Source: the human T2T-CHM13v2.0 reference genome, Homo sapiens. From it: DNA of 64,000 nt. The DNA lies in the NCBI RefSeq assembly GCF_009914755.1, contig NC_060929.1; one strand, 5' to 3'. Shown here piece after piece: positions 41,842 through 56,682 of the stretch (positions within the stretch are counted from its first letter, which is position 1; each line of letters begins with the position of its first letter). The notes below the pieces were generated by a model. It had not been told where the DNA came from. It did not search any database and saw nothing but the letters and a program-made list of their open reading frames with translations. A program made the translations under genes and the position numbers.

Positions 41842-43229
41842 AAAGCATCTTTAGAGAGGAACGGGACCTCAAGAGAGACTGAGCCAGTATTGTGAAGTCC
41901 GGGAAAGAGGTGGATTGTCCAAAGGGGTTTCCTTGGACTGATATCTGCATGCAGCAGTCACTTTTTCTGACTTTCTTCTCTGCTACTCAGAGCTACCAAG
42001 ATTCATTTGAAAGGAAAATCTAATGAAAAATGGAAAAGAAGCAGATATACAAGTCTGACAGTTGGTTTTGACTCCCACCCACTGAGAGAGTAAAGAAGTT
42101 TATTGTTTCAGTTGATACCTGGTTTTTGGTGATATATTGTTTGTTGCTGTTATTTTTAAAGCTATTCAGTTACTTTATTTTGAAAGATGAGTGTGAGAAA
42201 AGCCTTTTCTTTTCCTTTGGAACTAGTCCACATCTTAGCTGACAAGTAACAGCAACTGTTCTTTGTCAGTCATTTTCAGGGCCCTGTTTGTGAATGAAAT
42301 CTCAGGAGACGTGCCCAATAACCCCTAGGTTCTGAAAATCATTTACACGCCAGGGGTACTGTGTTTCTCTTTTTACATACCAGTGTGTTTATTATTGAAA
42401 ACCATAATGGGGCAACGTATGCTGAGCTTTTAAGGAGACAGTGCTGTAAAATCTGTGTCATGTCTGTAACAGTTATGGTTATCATTGGACTTCTGTCCAT
42501 TATCTCTTGTTTCTTATCGCTTTGATTTAGAGTTCTGGAAACAAGAATATTTCTGCTTCTTTAGCTTCTCAGTTCAGGTCATCTTCAGGCTCTTCTCTGA
42601 CAAATATTCCTATTCAAGCCATTTTGTAGGATATGGAGTTGTTTTTAGTAGGGTTGAGAAAAAATGAGAGGTGGCAAATGATACTACGTGAAGACTAATG
42701 ACCAAACTGTGCTAGGACCTATGTCCTATTTCCACATAAAATAATAGCAAAAATCTCTTCGGATATTCATTGGACAGTGAGGTTCATGCAAGTTAGCCTA
42801 GGCTAGTACTGACATTCTCATTAACCTTGACCCATTCTAGACCCTACATGGATTCCCCCAGTCGATTCCATACCTCATTCAGGCCCTCTGGTTATTTACA
42901 AGACTGGACTTCACCTAGCTAGGGCCATATCTCCCTAACATACAATTACCGTGTTAGGCATAGTACTCTAAATTGTGGCAGAAATGGTGGGCTGCTGGCC
43001 TTTTTTAACTCCTTCTCACTGTCCCTAATTTATCCTATCTGCAGCTGAGAGACAAGGATATACTCATGAGAAAAGTAAGATGAGGGAATTTAATAATGAT
43101 TTGAGGTATTCTTTTTTGTGGTATGTACAGGAAGCCAATTAAAACTTCAAAGTCTTGACATTTAAAAAATATATTTAGGAATATAAATTTTCAGAAACCT
43201 CTGTTCAATTTAAAGGAAAGATTGGACAT

Positions 43230-43620
43230 TGATATAGTTTGGATATTTGTCTCGCCCAAATCACATGTTGAATTATAATCTGTAATGCTGGAAATGGGGC
43301 CTGGTAGGAGATGTTTGGATCATGGAAGTAGATCCCTCATGGCTTGGTGATATCTTAGTGATAGTGTGTTCTCACAAGATCTGGTCATTTAAAAGTGTGT
43401 GGCACCTTCTCCCCACTCTCTCTTGCTGCTGCTTTTGCCATGTAACATGCCTACTCCTCCTTTGCCTTCTGCCATGACTGGAAGCCTCCTGGGGACTCCT
43501 TAGAAGCAGATGCTACTATGCCTCCTGTACAGCCTGCAGAACCGTGAGCCAGTTAAACCTCTTTTCTTATAAATTACCCAGCCTCAGGCATTTCTTTATA
43601 GCAAAGAAAGAACAGACATA
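43230..43620 (+). mobile_element. MST-type (MSTA/B) MaLR solo LTR
   Basis: TGATATAGTTTGGATATTTGTC start; cagcctgcagaaccgtgagccagttaaacctcttttcttataaattacccagcctcagg near the end. Confidence 0.85.
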
Positions 43621-43713
43621 AAATGTATTTTATTTTATTTTGGCTATTGACCTGTCTTATAGTTCACTAATTCTCTCTTCTGCTATATCTAATCTTTTAC
43701 AAATTTGTCTTTA

Positions 43714-44012
43714 ATGGCTCACACCTGTAATCCTAGCACTTTGGGAAGCTGAAGGAGGATCACTTGAACCCAGGAGTTCAGGATCAGCCTGGGCAACATA
43801 GGAAAACCCCCATCTCTACAAATAATTTAAAAACTCGCCCAGCATCGTGGCACGTGGCTGTGGTCCTCGCTACTTGGGAGGTTGAGGTGGGAGGATCACT
43901 TGAGTCCAGGAGGTTGAGGCTGCAGTGACCCATGATTGCACTACTGTACTCCATCCAGCCTAGGTGATAGAGCCAGACTCTATCTAAAAAAAAAAAAGAA
44001 AAAGAAAGAAAG
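43714..44012 (+). mobile_element. AluJ (slightly 5' truncated)
   Basis: Both arms have the J-type GGAGGATCACTTGA; A-rich tail. Confidence 0.85.
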
Positions 44013-44668
44013 AAATTATCTATAAAGTTTTTAGTTTAGTTATTGTATTTTTCAGTCCTGGGATTTCTATTCAACTATTTTTTATATATTTGAAACCAAC
44101 TCAGGTATAATTTTTTATCTTTGTGTTTACCTTGACCATTTTCCTCTCTATTTTATCGAACATATTCATTAATTGGTTAAAATCCTTATCTGATTATGCC
44201 AATATTTGGGTCACTGATGGAGTCTGTTACCATAATTTGTTTTTTCTTTTAGTTTGAAATCTTATAGCCTTGTCTCTTGGAATTCCTAGTGAATTTAAAA
44301 AATTAAAACCAAGACACTGTGCATAAAAAATCATAAATGCTACACTCAATACTATTTTTTTCCAGAGAAGGCATGCTGTTTCCTCACTAAGTGGATAGAA
44401 TGATAATTAATCACATGTCATACTCCACATAAATTAAATTAAAATGTCTGAGGGTAGCAGCTAGGTAACAATACTTTTAAGGAATTCCCAGGTGATACCA
44501 ATATGCAGCAAAGTTCCAGAACCACTGTTACAGGCTTGTTCATTGTCTAAGGACTCTCTCCTAATCCTTACCTCCTTAGCATCTGAGACTGAACACTAAT
44601 CCATGTTGCCTTAGTCTGGCAAGACTTCCAAAAAGTCCACTCGATTTTTTAAGATATTCTACTTCATT

Positions 44669-45073
<405 letters not shown>

Positions 45074-45434
45074 TGAGTCTCTAACATTGCCTCTTCAGCC
45101 TCATTAACTTGACAAAGTTCTGTTGGTTTTGTTAATTCTAGAAGCTTCCCTCTCTCCAAGCAAAGTCCATGTTTTCAGCCTCTTACCTATTCTGCAAATC
45201 AGCATATATCTCCAGGGAAAAAACAGCCCAACAACAATTCACCTCTCCATGATCTACTGTCTCTTCTGCACCAACCCCCTCCCCACTCTTGGGCTCTCTA
45301 GCTTCAGCAACTCTCCCAAGCCTCTAAAACACACATACACATAATTTTTTAAACTCAGTTTTCTAGTTGTTCTCAGGGCTGATCTGTGGGAAACAACTCT
45401 ATTATACCCAGAAGTAGAAGTCTGACAATAGCTT

Positions 45435-46227
45435 TGTTAAATCAAGCTTAGCCTAAAGCTGCCTCCTTACATATTTTAAGTTTGGCTTAAAGGTTTCTCT
45501 GAACATCATGAATTATAACCTGATAGAAGAAAAACTTCAGCCGAATTACATTTGAAAGAGTTTAATTGAAAAATGAACGATTCAAGAATCAGGCAGCCTC
45601 CCAAGACAGAGTAGGCTCAGAGATTCCAGCACAGCCACGTGCTGAAAGAAGATTTATGGACAAGTGGGGTACAGAAAACGGAAGCGAGGTACAGAAACAG
45701 CTGGATTGGTAAAAGCTCAGCATTTGCTTTATTTGAACATGGTTCGAACAGTTGGCTACATTTGATTCATCAAAACTTAGTAATTGGCACAAGTGTAGAC
45801 TATGGCCTGTTTACACCTCCACTTGTCATAGTTCATGATGTACAGAGAAACCTTTAGGCCGAACTTAAAATATGTAAGGAGGCAGCTTTAGGCTAAACTT
45901 GATTTAACAAACCTAAATGGAATTGTAAACAGACTGTAACCTGCTCTTGTGCCAATCACCAAGTTTTGGCCAATCAAGCGTGGCCAACTGTTTGAACCGT
46001 GTTCAAATAAGACAAACGCCAAGTTGTGACTAATCCAGCTGTTTCTGTGCCTCGCTTCCATTTCTGTACGTCACTTTCCCTTTTCTGTCCATAAATCTTC
46101 TTTCACCACGTGGCTGTGCTGGAGTCTCTGAGTCTACTCTGGCTCAGGAGGCTGCCTGATTCGCGAATCATTCTTTGCTCAATTAAACTCTTTCAAATTT
46201 AATTGGCTAGAGTTTTTTTTTTTAGCA
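45435..46227 (+). mobile_element. MER57-type ERV1 solo LTR (outer), interrupted by a second LTR
   Basis: TGTTAAATCAAGCTTAGCCTAAAGCTGCC start and ...TTTAGCA end; 4-bp TSD GCTT at 45431-45434 and 46228-46231. Confidence 0.85.
45521..45909 (-). mobile_element. MER57-type ERV1 solo LTR (inner, inverted)
   Basis: TG...CA ends; the right end GGCAGCTTTAGGCTAAACTTGATTTAACA is the reverse complement of the outer LTR start. TSD AACC at 45517-45520 and 45910-45913. Confidence 0.85.
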
Positions 46228-46299
46228 GCTTTTAAAATATTTTACTAGATTGTATTTATGGTTAACAGTATCTTGCACTACAATTTATATTTAGATAAT

Positions 46300-46700
46300 C
46301 ATTCATTTTAAAATTATTTATTGAGCACCTACTATGTGTTAGGTATTAGGTACAGAGCAATGAATACAGCAAGCACAGTTCCTCACCTCGTGGACCTGAC
46401 ACTGTAGTGTGAGAGATAATAAGCAAATGATATAAGGCCATGCAGTAGTTAAATGCTATGAAGAAACATAAAATCTGGTACAGGGACAGAGAGTAGGGAG
46501 GGAGCTCTTGTTATAAAGGGTGGCCAGGAAAGACCAAGTTGTGTAGCAGAGGCCTGAAGGAAGCCAGGGACCAAGCCATATGAATTTTCTCAGATAGGTG
46601 TATTCTAGTTATAGAGAACAGCAACTGGAACGGTCCTGAGAAGGGAACATTCCTGGAACATTCAAGAACTAGCCAAGAGATCAGCAAGTCTATAGTAAAA
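46300..46700 (-). mobile_element. L2 3' fragment, boundaries approximate
   Basis: cattcatt...tatttattgagcacctactatgtg matches the L2 3' end pattern. Confidence 0.7.
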
Positions 46701-47694
46701 AGAAACATAGTAGATAGTCATCTAGTGTTTTCTTCTCTTCCTTCCTATTATCTCTCATACCATGTCATGTTACTTTTCTAAAGGATCTCAATGGGGAAGA
46801 GAACATCATTGTCTTTAAGATTCAATTTTTTGTGTATTGAAAGTCTTCATGGTCATTCTTTTGAGATCATGACCTACTACAACGTCCCCAGGCCTGCATC
46901 CTCCACAGGTGAGGTTTCTTTGCTTGGCTTCAGCAGCCTTTCAGACAGCTGCTCATGCATTATGTATTTATAGAGGACTGACCACGTCCAGGCACGATTT
47001 GCTGAGCTAGGTTTACAGAACCAGGCTGCTTGTATTAGAATTGAAATGCTTAGCATTTTCAGGAGTCACTTTTTTCCCCCTGTAGTGCATAAATACGGTA
47101 TATCTTTATACTACCAGTTTCCCATTTAAAAAGTATTATTATTGTTATTAAGTATTAACCATTTGTCTAGTATCATGGAGTAGAAAAGAGGCACAAAAGA
47201 AGTTTGTATTGTGCCTGTGGGAGTTTCACCTCAAAGCGGGAATCCCAACTTGAGCCAAAGTTAAGTTTGCACCGACATTCAGTCACCATCTGGGGGATTT
47301 GGGAGGGAAAACGAGTGTCTTCTGTAGTGGAAAAGGCATGTTAGTATGGAGCTTTGGTCCAAAGTCAACAGATCAGTGTTAAAGAGGGAGAAGTTTAATA
47401 CTCAGCCCTTGTGGACTCATGTCCTTGGGAGAAAGACTTCAAAAAACATTCCGTAAAAACCAGAGAAGCTGTTTCCTGGATATCTGCTAAGGCAGCTAGA
47501 GCTTAGGTCAGCACAGCTTTGCAGCCTGAGTGTCAGACAGCAGCTCTGGGGCTACTGCCTGAACAGGAAAGTGGGCAAACCTCATCCTGAATTGAGAAGA
47601 TGTGGGAGTAGACCTCATCCCTTGATGGTCTTAGTTTCCTGGCAATGGCAGGAGCAGCTGCGATTTTGGCAGGCTTGGCCACCAGTGGTGGCAT

Positions 47695-48492
47695 TTATAC
47701 AGACAGGAGGCAGGGAAATACCGGGTAGAAGAGGGAGGTTCCCTCCCAAAGGCCCCACCCTCAAGCCTGGAAACCCATGACTTTAAATGGGAATAGGCAT
47801 TCTTGTTTTTGCACCCAAATGTTGCCTTTTGGCCCACCATGTCCACCCCCCATCTTGTACCAATATAAACCCCAAATTGCAGGCTCCATGAGCAGAAAAG
47901 CAGACGAATAGAAGAGCAGAGGAACAGAAGAATAGCAGTGTGGCCGAGCAGCGTGGTAGAGAAAGAGGGAAGAGAAGCAGCATCTGAATGTTGAGAGGAG
48001 TTTGGCTGGGGACAGTCGGAGAGGAGATTGGCCGCAGGACGACCCAACTCCAGGGGAGGAACATCTTCCTACTCCATTCGCTTCCCCACTCCCCAGCCAT
48101 TCCACTGAGAGCCACCTCCATCTGGCAATAAAATCTCTTGCATTCACTATCCTTCAATTTGCCTGTGTGACCTGATTCTTCCTGGATGCTGGACAAGAAC
48201 CCAGCATCCAGGTACCAAGAGGGCACTGGGCTGGATAACACTTGAGCTGTCTGTGGACGGCAGAGCTAAAAGAGCACTGTAACATGCCCACTGGGGCTTT
48301 GGGAGTTGCAGGCACCCACCCTGGATGCTACTACCATGGGGCTGGAGCCCAAAAGTGTTTGCCCCGCCTCCTGCACCTGCCCGTCTGCATGCTCCCCCTC
48401 CAGTAAGGGGTTTGAGTGCACAGAGGCTGAACAGATGAGCCACACCCCTGTCACACATCCTGTGAAGGGGGTTAGGAAACTCTCCCATTTCA
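47695..48492 (+). mobile_element. ERV1 solo LTR, MER50-like
   Basis: Start ..atacagacaggaggcagggaaataccgggtagaagaggg..aaaggccccaccctcaagcctgg; internal TATA-like box and AATAAA; ends ggaaactctcccatttca. Confidence 0.75.
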
Positions 48493-48806
48493 TCTTGACC
48501 ATCTTTGAGGGACTATTGATGCTTTTGGTATCAGCAGCCACAGAATTCATCAGACACAGCACAAAAGAGCAGGAGAAGAGATAATGGCAGATGCCAGAAG
48601 GTAAGAAGGAATTCGCCTGTGAGCAAGTGTGAGCTGTGCCCTGGGGGTATCTTAAGTGCGGGAGAAATTCGAGAGAGTTGGAACTTCTAGAAGTGGGAAG
48701 TGAAGGACAGAGCCAGAGAATGATACTGTTGTGGTCATTGTGATATTATTTTTATCCCCAAGATGTGGTATCTGGAGTGAGGTACAGAATATAAAGCCTA
48801 ACCCTA

Positions 48807-49510
<704 letters not shown>

Positions 49511-50819
49511 ACCAATGATCTTCCTCTAGTTTAGCAGCAAATATTAAATATTTTCATTCACCTATTCATTTATTTCATTCAACCAGTATTTCTGAAACAC
49601 CTATCCTGTGCTGTGAAGTACTGATAATGGATTAGGTACTGAGCTAGGAGATGGAGATTTTTGTTTTCATGGGCTCCCATTTTGTAGAGCAGAGATGCAT
49701 GAGCCAGCACCCCTGAAATATTTGTTATTTCCTGAAGCTCCATGCTGTCTTCCAACTCCATGTCTTTGCACAGTTGTTCCCATTGGTACACTTTTCTTAA
49801 CCTGCCCCACCCAACAGTCTATCTTGAAAGTTCCTGTTTATCTTTCAAGACTCGGCTCAGGTATTACTTCCTTCCCTAATTCTTCCTAGACATGCCTTTT
49901 CTGCGTTTATATTGAAAAACTAAGCCTTAGAAAATTTAAACAACTTACCCAAGGTTATATAACCATTAAGTTTAAGAGCAGGAATGCAATCCCAGGTAAG
50001 TATGGCTTTACCTTGGCTCCTGTGTAGACTAACATAACACGGAGTTATATAATCGAGAGAACACACTGGGCTGGGAGCCAAATGCCAGATCTATTTCATG
50101 TCATCTATGTGACATTGGGTAAGTCATGTAAAATTCTCAAGCCTCAGTTTTTTTAAATCTAAAAAACAGGGATGAGAAAGTTATCTCACAGGATAGTTGT
50201 GAGAATTAAAATATGACATTTAATTAGAAATCATGTAGCAAAGTGCTTAGCTCAATGAATATTTATTAGGAAAAGATATTTTAGTCTTCTTAGGCCTGAT
50301 CATATAGGCCCATGAAGCTCTTGTGTTTGTGTAAAACACTTTCTTTCTCTTGTGTGCGTGCTTCAAATGCTCACTCGTTAGTCAACAGCAGCTCCTGGGT
50401 AATTGTCTTGAGGATCTGAGGTTAGATCAGTAGCTTTCTAGCTAAAAATGTCTCCCGGAGGAGCAGAAGCATATTTCCATATCGGCTTCTAAGTCTCCTA
50501 TGTTTTTGATTACAGCTGTGTGAAATGAATGGAAAAAGACTGAAATGATTAAGTAACTCTGCTGCTCTCCATTGGTGATGGGGAGTGAATTTGACAGGAG
50601 ACGAGCAGACAAAGTCCTAGGATTCCAAAGAATTTTAATGGGCAACTGAATGTTAATAATTGTCAGAGCAAGACTCAGATGATCACATCAAATCCTCACA
50701 GGCATCTTATGTTATTTCCTCTACATCTTACACAAGTGGGAGACAACTAATAACATGGCCCGTGTACCATGATGCAGCCCAGAACTATGAATTTGACGAG
50801 GACATGGTTGATGATATTC

Positions 50820-50980
50820 CTTCTCTAAATACGATCCTCAGACCAGAAGCATCAGTGTCACTTGGGAAGTTGTTAGAAATACATTTTAAGGGCCCCACTC
50901 CAGACCTACTGCACCACAGGCTATGTTTCTAAAAGATCCCCAGGTGATTCTCAGCTTTATTAAAGTCAAAAAAGTACTGA
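50820..50980. mobile_element. MER5A-like hAT MITE (flanked by MIR fragments at ~50060-50260 and ~51040-51240)
   Basis: agaccagaagcatcag...ttgttagaaat...ggccccactccagacctactg...tccccaggtgattc. Confidence 0.65.
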
Positions 50981-52089
50981 ATTAACCATTGATGACAAAG
51001 CATTTGTGCTCAGATCTACACAATGGCAATAGACAGTTTTAACTTCCTTGCTGTGTGTCTCTGGGCAAACTACTTAACCTCTCTGACTCTATTTTCTCAT
51101 TTATAAACTAGAGATAATAGTAGTTCCTACCTCACAGGGTTTTTCAAAGTAAGTGTGCCATAAATAAATGTAAAGCCCTTAGGATAGTACTTGCTGCATA
51201 GGAAGACAGCAAAATATTCTTGTTTTACAAGTGATAATAATAGTAATAATAGATCTTAAAAGACTCATCCAAGTCACACAGTTAAAGTAGAAACAGAAAA
51301 TTATAAGCCTCAAAATAATTGAAGACAGAGGCCACCAATTTTGGTTCCTGTCAATGAAGAACTTCGAAGGAGGGGAAATATTGATACAGTGGCTTTGAGT
51401 AGATCATCTCTGGGGCAGCCATGACTGACATCTTATCAGGTGGATCAGAAAAGGTCAACAAATATCTGACATACCTATTGCATACCAAAATTTAAGTTAA
51501 ATTATTATTTCTTCTATCTCTTATCATCATAAACCTGAGTTTTTGTCCAAGTCTGTTTGCTAGGAAAGGCTGGCAGACTCCCAGTAAAATGGAAAGGTCT
51601 GTATTAATAATTCTAGTGACTGTTACCTTATAACTTTGGGATTAGAATAAGTTTCTGATAACAACATTTACAAGAATATTTGCCATAGATAACTCTATTT
51701 GTTCGCCTATGTTTATGAGTGGAATTTGATTTTATGCTCAAAAACTATTGATGACAATCTACTATTACAACTGTTGATGACAATCTACTATTGCATCTCT
51801 GATTTGGCTGTATACAACTGGACAAGTGTAAAATGACTCTGCAGATATCTTTAAAATTAGGAATCCAGATAAAAGCATATGCGGGTGAGGTTTTTTTGGT
51901 AAAATGTATTTTACAAGTAAAAGAAATTAAACAATTTAAAATGTACATTGTGGAATATAAATTTGTCACAATTAACAAGTGGTAGAGTGACTATGTCACA
52001 ATTTAGTTGGGCAGAAGGGCAGGGGCATACCAAGGCTATGTAAAACGATTCACATTAGAACTTCTAATTGTGTGGAATTAAGAAAATTT

Positions 52090-52452
<363 letters not shown>

Positions 52453-52744
52453 TTATATCATTCAATTAGAGCACCGTCTGAGTTAATGTTTTATGAGATT
52501 GCAGTTTTCAACTGTAGAGGATTACTTGATCATATTTGCTGTTTAACTTTCCTCCCTCATTAATCTATGGTTAACTGAAGTAGATTATTTGTTTTCAATT
52601 TGATCTAAATATGTCTTTTATAATCATTTCCATCTTTATAAACATAATTAATTCCTTCAAGTGTCCAGGTGGTAAATTCTCTCCTACATCTACTTCTATA
52701 TATATAGAGAGAGAGGGAGAGAGCTGGCAAGGAAAGAAAAGAGA

Positions 52745-53375
52745 CAGTAATATATTGCTTAATGAAGGGGAGAATTCTGAGATTTTGTCATTTTGCAAAC
52801 ATCGTAGAGTGGACTTACACAAACCTAGGTGGTATAGCATATTGTCCCTAGGCTACAAACCTGTACAGCATGCTGTACTGAATACTATAGGCAATTGTAA
52901 CACAATGGTTGGTATTTCTATATGTAAACATAGAAATGGTACAGTAAAAATATGGCGTAAAAGATAAAAACTGGTGCACCTGTGTAGGGCACGTAACATG
53001 CATGGAGGACTAGAAGATGCTTGGGGTGAGTCAGTGAGTGAGCAGTGAGTGAATGTGAAGGCCTAGGACATTACCCTACTGAATACTTTATGAACACTGT
53101 ACACTTAGGCTACACTATAAACACAAATTTTTCTTTCTTCAATAATAAATTAACTTCAGCTTACTGTAACTTTTTTTTACTTTAAAGTTTATAAGGTAGG
53201 TTCGTTTATACCAGCATCACCACAAACATGGGAGTAATGCATTGTGCTACGATGTTATTATGGCTATGACTTCCATAGGTGATGGAAGTTTTTCAACTCC
53301 ATTATATTCTTATGACGCCACTGGCATATGTACAGTTTGACATTGACTGGAAGGTCACTGTGCAGTACATGACTG
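52745..53375 (-). mobile_element. Tigger3/MER7-type DNA transposon, opposite orientation to the 15595 copy
   Basis: Reverse complements of the same internal motifs (acactgtacacttaggctacac; ggctacaaacctgtacagcatg) and a CATGACTG end. Confidence 0.8.
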
Positions 53376-54396
53376 AATATACACATACACATACTAACAA
53401 TTTGGATATTAAACAGGGGAGATGATATAGATTATTGGGCAGAGAGCATAGTGGCATTGGATCGTTTGCTGATGATATTTGCATAAAGTAATTAAATCTG
53501 CCCCTGAGAAATAAACTTCCTTTGCTGATAGGAAGAAAATCTTTCTCATCAGACAGGTTTTCCTGTATCAGGGTTTACTCAGTTTGAACTGCTCAGGTAT
53601 TATAATGCTGAAGCTTTCTCTTTTAATTACTTAGGCAAACTGGAATAACTTTCCTGCATACAGAAATGTATTTTGTTTTAAATGCTCAAAGTCTAATTAA
53701 TCAGAATGTCGGTGCTCATTTGTATCAGGGGAAACCAGGGGAGAAGAGGGGGAAGGAAATTATCACAGTTGTCTTTGTTCCTTGGTGCTAACAGATTTAA
53801 AATGTCACCTTTGCTGCAAACTCTGTACCTCTGTAATGACAGAGAGGAAGCACAGCTGTGTGCCTTGGCTCTCTTGTGGGACCAAGTGAATTTCGTCAAG
53901 GGATCTGTAGCATCTATTGTGAGGGTGGAGGAGCTGATTCATTTAATGACACATGGGTTTGAGACATCATTTGCCAACCCCACTGAGAAAAACAAAACAA
54001 GAACTTAACCAGCACATGGGCACCATGTGAGCTTTTCTCTTTTTGTGTCCCTTTTCTTTATTGTTCAGTGCCCACCCCTTTCTTGGTAGGCAGAGGGGAT
54101 ATATATAGAGAGAAGGGGTGTGGGACACAAGGGCTGGTATAGAATGTGGAAATCTGTAGCATATTATTTCAAAGCACAGCACAATGGTTTGGTGGGAATC
54201 AAAGAATAGAAACAAAAATGTTCAGTGGCATAACCAAATAGAATGGTGCAAGGGAAGAAGGCACATAAAAGGAAAAGAGAAACTCTCAGCACTATTTGAA
54301 TGGGCAGTTTAATGTTTGTGCTTAAGTTCTCCTTTTGCTGTAGCTGTTCTACTAGAGGCAGGGTGGCCTTCCACGGGATGACCAGCATGCGCCTAT

Positions 54397-54828
54397 TGTT
54401 AAAGCAAACTAAATGGGGCCTGAGAAGGACTCCGTACTTCTATATTTGAGTCCTTGTGGACTACTGGCAACCTAACTTAATAGCTAGAGAAGATTGAAAA
54501 TCTAACTTAGGAATGTGTGTCTGTAACAGTCGCTGAGTCCTGTCCAATCACAGCAGCCATACTTCAACCACTCACACACTGCTGGAGTGTTCAAACTGTG
54601 TTTAAATGAGGCAAACGCCAACCTGTAACTAATCCAGCTGTTTCTGTGCCTCACTTCCAATTTCTGTACATCACTTGCCTTTTTTTTCTACAAATTTCTT
54701 CTGACCACAAGGCATCCCTGGAGTCTCCCTGAATCTGCTATGATTCTGGAGGCTGTCCGATTTGCAAATCGCTCATTGCTCAGTTAAACACCTTTAAATT
54801 TAATTCGGCTAAAGTTTTTCTTGTAACA
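54397..54828 (+). mobile_element. MER57B-like ERV1 solo LTR
   Basis: TGTTAAAGCAAACTAAAT start and ...TTGTAACA end; TSD CTAT at 54393-54396 and 54829-54832. The 3' half is homologous to the 45435 LTR. Confidence 0.8.
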
Positions 54829-55355
54829 CTATTCTAGTGTCTTTCCTCCCCTTTGGTTACAACAAAATCTAGCAATGGCGAAGGGATATGAGGGAGACAC
54901 AGGGACTAGTTTGAATATTTTGAGATAAACTTGATAAACAGAAAATTTGAATATATTTGTATGAATTCTTCATTTGGCAGAAATAGAGATGGGGATTTAC
55001 TATAACACATTTATATAGAGCCATTTTCTACAAGGACTATGTCTTCTTTGGCTTTGTATAAAGTTGCTAATAATCTTTATTTGTTAATCTGAATGACATA
55101 CTCTGCTTACTCTTTGTATATTTTTGTGCTTAACATTGATGTTAACATTAGTCATTTGTAAAAACATACATTACTTCTATATAATTGACTCCTATCTCTA
55201 AGCATCTCTAAATATTCTGTGTATCTTCCTCATTTGTTTGAGTAACAATTTACTAGTGAAAATAGAAAAACAGAAGGACAAAGAAATAAAGCTTCTTGCC
55301 TGCGTAGATCTTTGGTCAGATGACAGGTGTGGTTTTGAAACACTTCTTAAAATGT

Positions 55356-55409
<54 letters not shown>

Positions 55410-55704
55410 TGGAGAGCATTTATAGACCTTCAAGAAGAAACTTACCTGTTAAAATAATGATAACAATAATTCTAACCCTTAAGAAAGGTGACGTTGTGGG
55501 GAAACTGGGCCACATATGTTACAGTCCTCTAATTGGTTTTCTATTTTTGAAGAATTATCTAGTAACATGTATTAAGTATTTATTGTGTGTTAAGAATTTT
55601 TAAATATTCAAACAATTTGTCAAGTTAATTCTACTCCAGAAAATGTTTGCTTATTTGGTATAAAACAAGAAATTGAGGTCATTTATATTAAAAGTATGTC
55701 ATAG

Positions 55705-55826
55705 AGCAGGGTGCAGTGATGACCGCCTGTAGTCCCAGCTACTTGGGAGGCTGAGATGGGAGGATTGCTTGAGGTCAGGAGTTCAAGGCTGTCACGCCTG
55801 TGCCACTTCACTCTAGCCTGGGCAGC
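55705..55826 (+). mobile_element. Alu monomer (FLAM/FAM-like)
   Basis: Single Alu arm: gcctgtagtcccagctacttgggaggctgag...ctctagcctgggca. Confidence 0.7.
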
Positions 55827-55963
55827 ATTTTATTTCATGACAAGTATATATCATAAACAAAAGAACTCAAAGATTTAAAAAGAGAGTTTGGAACTACCCA
55901 GAAGAGCTATCATTGGAGAAAACAAATCAGACAAAAAAAAAAATTGTAAAAAAGTAGGTTCAG

Positions 55964-56106
55964 CCTTGAGATCATGGATGCCCCATTTACCCTGATGTGA
56001 TTATTATACATTGTATGCCTGTATCAAAATATCCCATATACCACATATATATATATATATATACACACCTACTATGTACCCATGAAAATTAAAAATAATT
56101 GTTTTG
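55964..56106 (+). mobile_element. Severely 5'-truncated L1 (3' tail only, L1MA/PB-like)
   Basis: ccatttaccctgatgtgattattatacattgtatgcctgtatcaaaatatc...cacctactatgtacccatgaaaattaaaaataa; 16-bp TSD AAAAAAGTAGGTTCAG at 55948-55963 and 56107-56122. Confidence 0.85.
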
Positions 56107-56139
56107 AAAAAAGTAGGTTCAGAAAAGTGCATAAAAATA

Positions 56140-56176
56140 GTTGCCAAAACTGCAATTACTTTTGCACCAATCTAAT
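56140..56176. mobile_element. MADE1 (mariner MITE) half
   Basis: caaaactgcaattacttttgcaccaatctaata matches the Hsmar1/MADE1 TIR. Confidence 0.65.
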
Positions 56177-56399
56177 ATTAAAGATAATGAAAACTGGGAA
56201 AACCAAAAATTTCCCTGAAGAGCAAATAAACTCACTGATGAAATACCATTCAAGACAAGTTTTGGAAACATGGTAACACATAGAAAGATGTGTGCAAGAA
56301 ATAATGTTAAATGATTAAAATAGAATACAAAGTAATATGGACACAAGTCAGAACTATGTCGATATATATGTAAACATGCTATTAAATGTGAGGTAAAAT

Positions 56400-56682
56400 A
56401 GTTTAATGTTTATTAAGCCTACTATAAAAAACACTCAGCTTCAACATTGTCTTTGGATCTTCATTTCCTTATAAAGGCTCTTGTGTCAAATTACTCTTTA
56501 TTCACATTTCAGAATTAGAGCTTTGGAGAAGTAATCAAAGGAAATTGACTTCATAGTAATTAAAGTAAATAAATAAATTTGTGTGTTTTTCTCCTATTGA
56601 TCTATCTTTATTAGTTTGATTTTTTTTTTCAGAACCAGCTAGGGACCCTAAGAGGATTGAGAAAAACCTTTTCTACCCTTAC
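56400..56682 (+). mobile_element. 3' part of an old ERV1 LTR (MER34/MER39-like) carrying a 78-bp foreign insert
   Basis: gtctttggatcttcatttc...aaggctcttgtgtca | insert | aataaatttgtgtgtttttctcctattgatct...gaaaaaccttttctacccttACA. Confidence 0.55.

Noticed and set aside
47571-48584. Dense overlapping ORFs of 70-150 aa
   Set aside because: They lie within or overlap a GC-rich MER50-like LTR, with no recognisable protein homology.
51743-51794. 26-bp tandem duplication (AACT[A/G]TTGATGACAATCTACTATT[A/G]C)
   Set aside because: Ordinary two-copy slippage duplication with no further structure.
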